Positions 9,962-18,669 are shown, counted from the first letter of the stretch. The stretch is 32,000 nt of DNA from Candidatus Atelocyanobacterium thalassa isolate ALOHA (GCF_000025125.1 NC_013771.1:1050001-1082000); one strand, 5' to 3'. The notes: generated by a model not told the origin, from the letters alone. Translations and numbers: made by a program.

Positions 9962-11554
9962 ATGTTTACCAACAATATTCCCTGGCTAACTGCTCTTATT
10001 CTTGTACCGCTAATTGCTGCTTTCGCTATTCCTTTTATCCCAGATAAAGAAGGAAAAACCCTTCGTTCATACTCACTAGGTGTAAGTCTATTAAACTTTG
10101 GTTTAACTATTCTTGCTATATCTAGAGATTATGACTTCAGCAGCAGTAATCTTCAACTTTCAGAAAGCTACAACTGGATTCCAACAATGGGTCTTGGATG
10201 GTCGCTAGGTATTGATGGTTTATCAATGCCTTTAATCGTTTTATCAGGACTTATAACAACTGTTGCATTACTTGCATCTTGGAATGTAAAGAAAAAACCA
10301 CAACTTTTCTATTTCTTGATGTTAGTGCTATATAGCGCTCAGATCGGCGTTTTTGCTGCACAAGATGTCTTGTTATTTTTCTTTATGTGGGAACTAGAAC
10401 TTGTTCCTGTCTACTTATTAATCTCCATTTGGGGTGGTGAAAAAAGATTATATGCAGCCACAAAATTTATTTTGTATACTGCCCTTGCTTCTATAGGAAT
10501 TTTAGTCTCTGCTCTTCTTCTTGCTTTTTATGGCGATAATATCACCTTTAACATGGCAGAATTAAGTCTGAAAGAAATACCTACTTCTTTGCAAGTTCTA
10601 ATATATATAGGTTTTCTAATAGCTTATGCTGTTAAACTACCAATATTTCCTTTACACACCTGGTTGCCTGACGCCCATAGTCAAGCTTCTACACCAGTAT
10701 CTATGATATTAGCTGGTGTTCTTTTAAAAATGGGGGGATATGGACTTATTAGATTCAATATGGAAATGTTGCCAAATGCTCACATTATATTTGCTCCCCT
10801 ACTATTGATCTTAGGGGTTGTAAATGTTGTCTATGGTGCATTTGCAGCGTTTGGCCAAACGAATCTCAAACGTCGCCTTGCTTGTTCCTCTTTATCTCAC
10901 ATGGGCTTTGTCCTTATTGGCATATCCTCATTTACCGAAGTAGGAATTAATGGAGCAGTATTTCAAATGGTTTCACATGGTTTGATTGCTGCATCCCTAT
11001 TTTTCTTATGTGGTACTACCTACGAGCGCACCCATACTTTAATGATGGACGAGATGGGTGGACTAGCTCTAAAAATGCCTAAAACTTTTGCATTATTTAC
11101 AACTTCAGCAATGGCTTCTTTAGCTTTGCCTGGTATGAGTGGATTTGTAGCAGAGCTTACTATCTTCCTAGGAGTTGCTGAAAGTGATGCTTACACTGCG
11201 TCATTTAAAGCTATAGCTATATTTCTAACAGCAGTAGGCTTGGTCCTAACTCCTATCTATTTATTGTCAATGCTAAGAGTTGTATTTTATGGACAGAGTA
11301 ATGAAAAATTGGAGTTGAGTCAATTTAATTTAGACGCTAAACCGCGGGAAATCTTCATATCTGCTTGTTTGATTGCCCCTATTATTATTATGGGTCTATA
11401 TCCTAAAATAGCTACAGAAACTTTTGATGCAAAAACCGTAGAAGTTAATTCAAAAGTTCGTTCTGCTTTGCCAATGGTCATACAAGAAGCTAATTCATAC
11501 CATTTTCAGAGTGATAAGGTAAAAGAACTATTACCTGCAGTATTAATCAATTAA
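9962..11554 (+). CDS. ndhD: NAD(P)H-quinone oxidoreductase (NDH-1) subunit 4, NdhD (NuoM family)
   Basis: 530-aa polytopic protein with the NuoM/NdhD core ([28 protein letters not shown]). Its length fits the NdhD1/D2 type. Confidence 0.92.
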   Translation: MFTNNIPWLTALILVPLIAAFAIPFIPDKEGKTLRSYSLGVSLLNFGLTILAISRDYDFSSSNLQLSESYNWIPTMGLGWSLGIDGLSMPLIVLSGLITTVALLASWNVKKKPQLFYFLMLVLYSAQIGVFAAQDVLLFFFMWELELVPVYLLISIWGGEKRLYAATKFILYTALASIGILVSALLLAFYGDNITFNMAELSLKEIPTSLQVLIYIGFLIAYAVKLPIFPLHTWLPDAHSQASTPVSMILAGVLLKMGGYGLIRFNMEMLPNAHIIFAPLLLILGVVNVVYGAFAAFGQTNLKRRLACSSLSHMGFVLIGISSFTEVGINGAVFQMVSHGLIAASLFFLCGTTYERTHTLMMDEMGGLALKMPKTFALFTTSAMASLALPGMSGFVAELTIFLGVAESDAYTASFKAIAIFLTAVGLVLTPIYLLSMLRVVFYGQSNEKLELSQFNLDAKPREIFISACLIAPIIIMGLYPKIATETFDAKTVEVNSKVRSALPMVIQEANSYHFQSDKVKELLPAVLIN

Positions 11555-11643
11555 TAAGCTTAATTAATCAATAAGCTTAATTAATCAATAAGCTTAATTA
11601 ATCAATAAGCTTAATTAATCAATAAGCTTAATTAATCAATAAG
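11553..11643. repeat. perfect tandem repeat, 17-bp unit AATAAGCTTAATTAATC x 5 plus a 6-nt partial copy
   Basis: Counted directly: units at 11553, 11570, 11587, 11604 and 11621, then AATAAG. The first unit overlaps the ndhD TAA stop (11552-11554). Each unit contains the AAGCTT and TTAATTAA palindromes. Confidence 0.97.
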
Positions 11644-11696
11644 AGCTTCTTTGAAGCTAACACCCAAAAGTAAGTGTTAGCTTTAAAGAAGCTTTT
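11644..11696 (+). terminator. intrinsic terminator-like hairpin downstream of ndhD
   Basis: 20-bp stem AGCTTCTTTGAAGCTAACAC (11644-11663) / GTGTTAGCTTTAAAGAAGCT (11674-11693) with one G-U pair and a 10-nt loop, followed by TTT. Confidence 0.7.
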
Positions 11697-11875
11697 ATTA
11701 ATTAAAAGTTAAAACATGATCTGTATAAAATCAATCAAAATAATTAAACTTATAAGCAAAATTATAGTTTCAATTAGATATATAATTTAAGTTGAGATTT
11801 TCTTATGCAGTTAATGTTATTTTTTACTTGATAAGCTATCTCTTATAAATATAACTAAAGCGTTATACAACCATA

Positions 11876-12352
11876 ATGACAAAAATAATTTTAATAAAAC
11901 ACGATGATATAATCAATTTAGATATTAGTGTTATCACTGACTTTGTCGAACCAAAATTAAAAAAAGAAGAAATCATATCATTTGAACAAGATTTAACTTT
12001 TGATATTCAGTATCCTCAACCTCCTGACGATCCTAGAGAATTATCTGAAATCTCTGAAATTCGTTTATGGTTTATCCGTATAGATGGAATTTATCCATGG
12101 ATACCTTTTCTTTTGAATTCTAAAAAAGGAGAATTAGCAAGATATACAGCGATGTTAGTCCCTCATCAATTTAATAGAGTGAATGGAATCCAGTATAATT
12201 CTGAAGCACTAGAGATTTTCGTAATGCATAAACTGTTTATAATATCTGATTGGCTAAAAAAACAAAAAATTTACTCTACATTTCGTTTGAAAAATATGGC
12301 TCAATTATTAGGTTATGATGTTGACGACAATTTTCTAAAAAAATTCAATTAG
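11876..12352 (+). CDS. CRR6 (chlororespiratory reduction 6) family NDH-1 assembly factor homologue
   Basis: The core DDPRELSEISEIRLWFIRIDGIYPWIPFLL...GELARYTAMLVPHQ...NSEALEIFVMHKLF matches, from memory, the conserved block of plant CRR6 and its cyanobacterial homologues. Confidence 0.65.
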   Translation: MTKIILIKHDDIINLDISVITDFVEPKLKKEEIISFEQDLTFDIQYPQPPDDPRELSEISEIRLWFIRIDGIYPWIPFLLNSKKGELARYTAMLVPHQFNRVNGIQYNSEALEIFVMHKLFIISDWLKKQKIYSTFRLKNMAQLLGYDVDDNFLKKFN

Positions 12353-12362
12353 AAAAATGACA

Positions 12363-12833
12363 TTACATTATATTTTCATAGGATATTGCTTGTAGATGCT
12401 CTTTTACTGTTTTTTTAGTTATTGGATGTTTCCAAGTAGAAGCTATAGTACAGAGAGGTAATAAAACAAATTTACGTTTTATCATTTGAGGGTGCGGTAT
12501 CTGCAAAGAAGAAGTATTTATAATTAATTCATTACATAATAAAATATCTAAATCTAGGGTTCTTGCATCCCATCTTTTATTTCTTATCCTACCGAACTTT
12601 TTTTCAATATTGAATAAAATTTCTAATAATTTTTTAGGATTAATTGATGAATTTATTGTTATGCAACAATTATAATAGCTAGGTTGTTTTGGTCCTATAG
12701 GAAACGTTTGATAGAAAGGAGAAGATGAGGCTAAACCTATATCAGGATACCGAGATAAGAAAAATATTACTTTATTTAAGATAGTATATGAATTTCCTAG
12801 ATTACTTCCTAAGGCAATTGCGTACTGAGCCAT
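12363..12833 (-). CDS. folK: 2-amino-4-hydroxy-6-hydroxymethyldihydropteridine diphosphokinase (HPPK)
   Basis: HPPK blocks are present: IALGSNLG, RWDARTLDLDILL and IPHPQMIKRKFVLLPL. Confidence 0.85.
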   Translation of the reverse strand: MAQYAIALGSNLGNSYTILNKVIFFLSRYPDIGLASSSPFYQTFPIGPKQPSYYNCCITINSSINPKKLLEILFNIEKKFGRIRNKRWDARTLDLDILLCNELIINTSSLQIPHPQMIKRKFVLLPLCTIASTWKHPITKKTVKEHLQAISYENIM

Positions 12834-12856
12834 ATTTATAATATTCGAAATTTTAT

Positions 12857-15514
12857 CTAAAATTCAGTTTTATTCCTTAATTTTGTAAATTTTTCCGAAA
12901 TATCTTCTAATAAGGTATATAGAACTGGAACTACAATTAAACTTAATGCAGAAGATGTAAATAATCCTCCAAGAATAGCAACTGCCATCGGTTGTCTTAA
13001 TTCAGCTCCAGCTCCTAAGCCAATTGCAATTGGCAACATCCCCAAAATACTTGAAGCAGTAGTCATTATTATTGGACGTAATCGTACTTCTCCTGTTTTT
13101 AAAATAGCGTCATGACGACTCATGCCTTGCTCTCTAAGTTGATTGGTGTAGTCCATCAATAAAATAGCATTTTTATCTAATAATCCTAGTAAAAATATCA
13201 ACCCGATTAATGAAATCATCCCAAAATCATTTTGAGTAATTAGCAAAGCAAACATCGCTCCAACTATCGATAAAGGTAAAGATAAAAATACTACAAAAGA
13301 TTCTAAAAAGCGTCCAAAAGTTAAGTATAGGATGACCATCATACATGCAATAGCAAAAAACAAGGTAATAGCAAATTCTTTAAAAATACTAAGAACTTGA
13401 GCAGAGGCTCCTTGAATTTCAAAATCAACGTCGTCAGGTAAAAGTTCTTTAGTTATTTCTTTAACTTTTTTAGTAGTATCTCCTAAACCTACACCTTCAA
13501 ATAAATTAGCAGTTAAATATACAACTCTAGTTTTCTGAAAATGCTCGATCAAAGAATCATGACCATTAATTGACGATAACTTAATATCTGCCAAACCTGG
13601 AACATCATCTAGACGGCTTTTTAGATCTTGAGACGTTTTTTCAATACTTGTTAAGTTATCACTTAATAATGCTATTTTTAAAGGACTATCATCACCAGTT
13701 TCAATAAATAGAATGTCTTCTACACTTATACTTCCTCCCCTTAGAGTTGGAAATTTCTTCCTAATTTGATTTTGAACTTGACTAGTACTTAACAACCTAT
13801 CTTCTTTAAGCCTAACGTATATCTTTCCCTTGAGAGGATTACCTTGATAACCAGCAATACTATAGACTGATAAAACATTAGGATTTTCTAAAATAACGCT
13901 TTCTAGTTTGCTAGCAACACGGTAATTTTTACGTAGTAGGAAACGCTCAGGAGACTGGGAAAAATCTTGAAACAGAGAGGGTTCACTGTTGTTCAAAGCA
14001 CTATCATGAGCTACCTGTAAACGTTTAGGAATTTTAGGAGATGGTAAATTATAAATTACATTAAACTCTCCACGATCTAGTTTTGGAATAAAACCTTGGG
14101 GAATAAATGGAATCAATGCAATTCCTACTAGAAAACTAATGAGAGCAACACTAATAACTATTTTCCTATGACATAAGGACCAATTTAGAATTCGACGATA
14201 TTTTTGAGCAAGAAAAAATGGTTTTTTATTAACAGCTGATGATTTTTTAACTGGTTTGATCCAATATATTGCTAGTACAGGAGATAAGGTACGAGCTACT
14301 AACAAAGAAATTAGAACAGCTGCAGAAATAGTGATACCAAAAGGTTTAAAAAATTGTCCTAGACTTCCTCCAATAAATGCAATTGGAAGAAAAACAGCAG
14401 CTAAAGTTAGTGTTGAAGATATAACTGTTAACCCAATTTCATCTGTGCCTTTTATTGCTGCTTCACGTGGACTCAATCCGTTATCAATATGACGCATTAT
14501 ATTTTCTACGTCTACGATAGCGTCATCAACAATGATACCTATAACAAGAGCTAAACCTAATAAAGTAATTGTTTCTAAATTAAATTTAGCTATAGCTATA
14601 ACAATAAAAGTCCCTAGTAGTGACATAGGAATAGCTAAAGCAGTAATTAAAGTTGCTGGAATATTACGTAAACAAAAAAATATAACTAAAACTGCCAGGA
14701 AAACTGCTCCCATCAATGCTTCTAGTGTTGCTTGGCTAGCCTCTTCAATATAATTAGCTTGGTTCTCAGCAATAGTTAATCGAATATCAGGTAAAGTTTC
14801 ACTTAGGTTAGTTACTTCTTTATGAACAGCTGAAGCAACATCTAATATATTGCTATCCGCAGTTTTGATAACTTGGACTGCTAATATATCTTCTTGGTTA
14901 AATCTAGTTAAAGTTGATGGTTCTGAATTCAAATCATTACTTTTTTCGTTTTGAATAAAACCATCTCCTAACAGAGAAACTCTTTTAACTCCTGATAAAG
15001 ATTCAAGAGAAGGAACAATGTTCTCTCTCGCAATAGATATCAAATTATCAACTTCTATAGTTTTACTAGATATTGCATAAGTAACTGCTACAGATTCATT
15101 TAAATTAATTGCTTTAATTTCTTCTAAACTTGCATTAGGCGATAAATCTACTTTTTCTAATGATTCTTTGACTACTGCAGCTGAATCTTCTAAATTTGAT
15201 CCTGCAGGAAAGCTAATATTGATTACAGCTTTACCAGGATAAGTGGAAGACATTAGCTCTACTTCCGGAATAGAGCTCAAAGCATTTTCTAAAGGGTTAG
15301 TAAGCTGTTTCTCTGTTTCTAAAGTAGTTTCTAATGGTATATTTCCGTTAACAATAATTACTGGAAAAGAAATCTCAGGGAATAAGGCATATTTTAGAGA
15401 ACTAAAGACGAATATACCTGAAATAGCAATGGTAATCGCTACAAATAAGGTAACTTTTGTATATTTAATTGCTATACGGGAAATGTTCAGGTATTCTCGC
15501 CAAGATTTTTTCAT
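12857..15514 (-). CDS. RND efflux transporter permease, AcrB/ACR_tran-type but unusually short (885 aa)
   Basis: 12-TM RND layout. The TM4 motif GIIVDDAIVDVEN (Asp pair), TM10 LLDKNAILL (Lys) and TM11 RLRPIIMTTA (Arg) are all present. Both periplasmic loops are about 225-240 aa. No MFP or OMF gene is in the window. Confidence 0.85.
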   Translation of the reverse strand: MKKSWREYLNISRIAIKYTKVTLFVAITIAISGIFVFSSLKYALFPEISFPVIIVNGNIPLETTLETEKQLTNPLENALSSIPEVELMSSTYPGKAVINISFPAGSNLEDSAAVVKESLEKVDLSPNASLEEIKAINLNESVAVTYAISSKTIEVDNLISIARENIVPSLESLSGVKRVSLLGDGFIQNEKSNDLNSEPSTLTRFNQEDILAVQVIKTADSNILDVASAVHKEVTNLSETLPDIRLTIAENQANYIEEASQATLEALMGAVFLAVLVIFFCLRNIPATLITALAIPMSLLGTFIVIAIAKFNLETITLLGLALVIGIIVDDAIVDVENIMRHIDNGLSPREAAIKGTDEIGLTVISSTLTLAAVFLPIAFIGGSLGQFFKPFGITISAAVLISLLVARTLSPVLAIYWIKPVKKSSAVNKKPFFLAQKYRRILNWSLCHRKIVISVALISFLVGIALIPFIPQGFIPKLDRGEFNVIYNLPSPKIPKRLQVAHDSALNNSEPSLFQDFSQSPERFLLRKNYRVASKLESVILENPNVLSVYSIAGYQGNPLKGKIYVRLKEDRLLSTSQVQNQIRKKFPTLRGGSISVEDILFIETGDDSPLKIALLSDNLTSIEKTSQDLKSRLDDVPGLADIKLSSINGHDSLIEHFQKTRVVYLTANLFEGVGLGDTTKKVKEITKELLPDDVDFEIQGASAQVLSIFKEFAITLFFAIACMMVILYLTFGRFLESFVVFLSLPLSIVGAMFALLITQNDFGMISLIGLIFLLGLLDKNAILLMDYTNQLREQGMSRHDAILKTGEVRLRPIIMTTASSILGMLPIAIGLGAGAELRQPMAVAILGGLFTSSALSLIVVPVLYTLLEDISEKFTKLRNKTEF

Positions 15515-15562
15515 AAAAATTCGTACCTTTTTACACCATTTACATAATTAAAATTAAATAAT

Positions 15563-15586
15563 AAGCCTACTTCTGAAACTAGGCTT
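15563..15586 (-). terminator. weak hairpin downstream of the small secreted-protein gene
   Basis: On the minus strand, AAGCCUA / UAGGCUU forms a 7-bp stem with a 10-nt loop, followed by AUUAUUUAAUUUU. It lies between the 15664 stop and the RND start at 15514. Confidence 0.35.
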
Positions 15587-15663
15587 TAATAGAATTTTGA
15601 AATTGTTATTTCTACTAGCAATATCTTTTCACAACATTAGTATCTTGTGTATTACATAGAATT

Positions 15664-16002
15664 TCAACGTCCAAAAAGAATATTATCAAAAACAGCTTCA
15701 AAACAAGTCTCTCCAAATCTAGTTAAAGTTTGTCTAGCTTTACTATCTTTAGCGCGATATTTATTATAAAGTGCAGAAAAAGCTTGGCTAGAATACTTTT
15801 TTCTTAGTGAGCGAACAGTGCAATTGCATCCTTTCCTCGCTTCTTTGTCATTTAGTCCAGCTTTCTTTGCTTCAGGAACACATGCCTGGTTATAAAATTT
15901 TGTAAATGGATCAGCAGCATTCACATCAAGAGAGACAAATATTGTACTTAATCCTAAAAAGTAGCACATCACATTAGTCAATAATTTCTGATTTATATTC
16001 AT
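15664..16002 (-). CDS. hypothetical small secreted, basic, cysteine-containing protein
   Basis: The ORF is open to 16074, but the ATG at 16002 gives a signal-peptide-like N-terminus (MNINQKLLTNVMCYFLGLSTIFVSLDVNA/ADPF). The mature part of about 83 aa has 4 Cys and many Lys/Arg. I recognise no family. Confidence 0.45.
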   Translation of the reverse strand: MNINQKLLTNVMCYFLGLSTIFVSLDVNAADPFTKFYNQACVPEAKKAGLNDKEARKGCNCTVRSLRKKYSSQAFSALYNKYRAKDSKARQTLTRFGETCFEAVFDNILFGR

Positions 16003-16217
16003 GTTGTATCTAAAGGCATTACAAAACGATAGATTGATACGTTGCATCTTTGCTTTGCAGTCTGTTAATAACAATAATATTATACTGGCTATTTCTATTG
16101 TATAACTTGTTTTGACAAAGAAAATGTAGTTTAAGGCTCTTAAGAAAAATTTGAGATTTATATATTATTAATTTCTATCTTTATTTAATAATTTTTGCTA
16201 TAGTGTAAATATTGTCT

Positions 16218-16288
16218 GGCGGCATGGCCAAGTGGTAAGGCAGAGGTCTGCAAAATCTTTATCCCCAGTTCGAATCTGGGTGCCGCCT
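16218..16288 (+). tRNA. trnC: tRNA-Cys (anticodon GCA)
   Basis: Cloverleaf folded by hand: acceptor GGCGGCA/TGCCGCC, D arm GCC-AAGTGGTAA-GGC, anticodon loop CTGCAAA, T arm CCCAG-TTCGAAT-CTGGG, discriminator T. No CCA is encoded. Confidence 0.93.
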
Positions 16289-16400
16289 TATAAATTAGAT
16301 ACTAAACAATAATTAATATTTAATAAGATTAACTAAAAATTAAATATCTCGAAAATATGAATTTGTTCGAACGTTTTTAAATAATATTTATTTTTCGTAC

Positions 16401-17114
16401 TCAAAGATTACTAGAATCTAAGCTTTTGGAAACTTCTGGAGAAAGAGGTAAGTGTAAGCCACATTCTTGTTTTAATCCATGAAACCTGGTATCCCGTTCA
16501 TTGTTATCATCCGCTTTCATCGGACGGCTTGAATGCCAATCTCCCACGCTAACATATCCTTTTTCAAAATAAGGATGATATGGAAGGTCATGAGTAGTTA
16601 AATAATTATAAATATCACGGGAATTCCAATGTAAAATAGGGTGTATCTTATACTGCTGTTCCTGTAAAACAATTCTTTCTAAAGATTTACGATGTTCTGT
16701 TTGTTGACGGCGCAATCCAGCTAACCAAGCCGTAGAACTAAGCTCTTTCAGAGCTCTTTGCATTGGTTCAACTTTACGCATAAAGTCGTATCGATTAAGA
16801 GCATTAATATCTTGATATTCCCATAATTTACCGTAGAGAGCTTCCATCCTTGCTGGGGTAAGAAAAGATTGATAAACTTTCAAGTTTAGATTGAGACGTT
16901 CAGTTAATTCTTGGGCAAACTGATAGGTTTCTGCAGGAAGATAACCAGTATCAACCCAAATAACTGAAATATTTGGAACTATTTTTGTAGCTAAATGTAA
17001 CATTACCGCAGATTGAATGCCGAAACTTGTACTAATAACTAATCCATTACCAAAAGTTTCTGCTGCCCACTCTATAACTTGCTGAGCGCTAGCATCCTTG
17101 AGTTTATCCCTCAC
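16401..17114 (-). CDS. cysH: phosphoadenosine phosphosulfate (PAPS) reductase, CysH family; ancestral 5' end disrupted (see findings)
   Basis: Carries [23 protein letters not shown] and [12 protein letters not shown], with the single catalytic Cys in ECGLH. It lacks the CC...CxxC Fe-S cysteines of APS reductases. The only in-frame canonical start left is the GTG at 17114. Confidence 0.85.
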   Translation of the reverse strand: MRDKLKDASAQQVIEWAAETFGNGLVISTSFGIQSAVMLHLATKIVPNISVIWVDTGYLPAETYQFAQELTERLNLNLKVYQSFLTPARMEALYGKLWEYQDINALNRYDFMRKVEPMQRALKELSSTAWLAGLRRQQTEHRKSLERIVLQEQQYKIHPILHWNSRDIYNYLTTHDLPYHPYFEKGYVSVGDWHSSRPMKADDNNERDTRFHGLKQECGLHLPLSPEVSKSLDSSNL

Positions 17115-17183
17115 TTCTTCTAAAGATAAATCAGGTTTAGCAATTTCTTGAAAGTCTCTAACGGAAGGACTTTTAGAAAGTTG

Positions 17184-17266
17184 TTGACTATTTAAATGAG
17201 TATTTATAGAGCGGAAATCTGATTTGACTATTTAAATGAGTATTTATAGAGCGGAAATCTGATTTG
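17184..17266. repeat. perfect 40-bp tandem duplication (2 copies plus a 3-nt TTG microhomology)
   Basis: 17184-17223 and 17224-17263 are identical (TTGACTATTTAAATGAGTATTTATAGAGCGGAAATCTGAT). TTG recurs at 17264-17266. Confidence 0.97.
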
Positions 17267-17937
17267 GACATATTATATTTTTTGATACATTCAATAATTA
17301 TGTTTTAGGAAAAGTAACTACAAAATGATACCGAACAAAAAAGAAACATTTAATCTCATCTGATTATATCTTGATTGATTTAGAGTAGATATCTTAATTA
17401 CAATAATAAATCAGAATTTAATAATTTATTATTATAAATCTATATAGGCTGTATGAAATTATTAAAAAATAGAATTATTTCATAAATATTAAGCATGGAA
17501 ACTCAAAAAATATTTACCATAACCGTGCCAACAAAGAATTTTAGTAACAAGCACTCTTATGCTCTAGATTACTATAAAAATGATAGTTATTTTGTATATT
17601 TCTATACGTGCTCAAAAAGCAATTCCATACTTATTTGATAATAACTATGAAATATATTATTTACGATATTTTTTCGTGCAACAAGACTTATCTTTGCTTT
17701 TTTTGCATTCAACCTTTGTAGTTTGTGAAACTTCTTGAATGGCACAGTTCTTCCTTAATTTATAAACGAGTTTGGCTGATATCTATAAAAGACATAGATA
17801 CTTAGACTACTAAAGTTATAAAATAATTTTAAAACGTAATAACCTGTACTTTTTCAGTGGAAATAGTATGGGATATTCATAGACATATAGAAATAAAAAA
17901 CTTAATTTAGTAGTTTAATTCGTCATTTGTGTGATTC

Positions 17938-18669
17938 TTACAATTCTTCTCCAGGTTCTAAAATACGTTGGAAGAGATATCCAGTACCCCTTGCTGTTAA
18001 TATTAGTTCAGGATTACTGGGATCATCTTCTAACTTTGCTCTCAAGCGAGAAATATGAACATCTACTACTCTGGTATCTACGTGACGCTCTGGAGTATAT
18101 CCCCACACTTCTTGTAAAATTTCTGAGCGAGAAAAAGGTTCTCCAGAACAACCTACTAGTAATTCTAATAAACTAAATTCCATTCCTGTTAAACGTATGC
18201 GCTCATCGCCTTTATAAACTTGACGTTTATTTGTATCAATTTTTACTGAAGCAATAGAGATTACTCCGGAATTAGGAATTCCTGGGTTACTGCCTTTCTC
18301 CACTCTTCTTAAGACAGAACGAATTCTTGCTTCTAGCTCTTTTGGTGAAAAAGGTTTAACCACATAGTCATCGGCTCCTAGCTCTAATCCTGTAATACGA
18401 TCAGCAACATCTCCCAGAGCTGTCAGCATTATGATAGGAATATCTGATTCTTTTCGCAATTCTTGACATACTCCATATCCATCTAGCTTCGGCATCATAA
18501 CGTCTAAAACTACCAAATCAGGTACTGAATCATAAAAAATTTCTAAAGCTTCTTCTCCATCAGCAGCTGTTACAACATCATATCCAATCATGGAAAGACG
18601 AGTTTCTAAAATACGACGTATACTTGCCTCATCGTCAACTACTAAAATTTTCTCTTTATGTGTTTCCAA
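17938..18669 (-). CDS. rpaB: OmpR-family response regulator, RpaB/Ycf27 type
   Basis: Receiver domain (ILVVDDEASIRR, LDVMMPKLDG) plus a winged-helix output domain. The whole sequence closely resembles cyanobacterial RpaB and plastid Ycf27. Confidence 0.88.
   Translation of the reverse strand: METHKEKILVVDDEASIRRILETRLSMIGYDVVTAADGEEALEIFYDSVPDLVVLDVMMPKLDGYGVCQELRKESDIPIIMLTALGDVADRITGLELGADDYVVKPFSPKELEARIRSVLRRVEKGSNPGIPNSGVISIASVKIDTNKRQVYKGDERIRLTGMEFSLLELLVGCSGEPFSRSEILQEVWGYTPERHVDTRVVDVHISRLRAKLEDDPSNPELILTARGTGYLFQRILEPGEEL

Noticed and set aside
1-15514. Possibility that the short RND protein is the hopanoid transporter HpnN, given shc in the same window and a similar length of about 880 aa.
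   Set aside because: The TM4/TM10/TM11 motifs are AcrB/ACR_tran-type rather than MMPL/HpnN-type. The genes are 12 kb apart with unrelated genes between them. It remains only a remote hypothesis to test by phylogeny.
15530-15544. Direct repeat TTTACA…TTTACA just upstream of the RND start, reminiscent of the RpaB HLR1 box.
   Set aside because: The repeat period is 9 nt, not the 10 nt of HLR1 (8-nt halves plus a 2-nt spacer). The flanking bases fit the consensus poorly, and TTTACA is common in AT-rich DNA.
14256-15551. Three plus-strand ORFs (14256-14492, 14532-14753, 15243-15551) of 73-102 aa inside the RND gene.
   Set aside because: They lie entirely antisense to a well-supported 885-aa CDS, have low-complexity hydrophobic or basic translations, and show no start context. 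The same applies to 3088-3345, 4989-5213, 8469-8654 and 17931-18176 (also antisense to well-supported CDSs) and to 30291-30485 (same strand, out of frame within the S8 peptidase CDS).
16218-17114. tRNA-Cys gene lying immediately next to cysH (cysteine pathway).
   Set aside because: The two are on opposite strands and convergent, with no shared regulatory element visible. This is most likely coincidental gene order.
17836-17849. NtcA-like palindrome GTAATAACCTGTAC (GTA-N8-TAC).
   Set aside because: No properly spaced -10 box follows (TAGTAT lies at a 14-nt gap instead of about 22). No gene lies downstream in a sensible position. The pattern is expected several times by chance in 32 kb.
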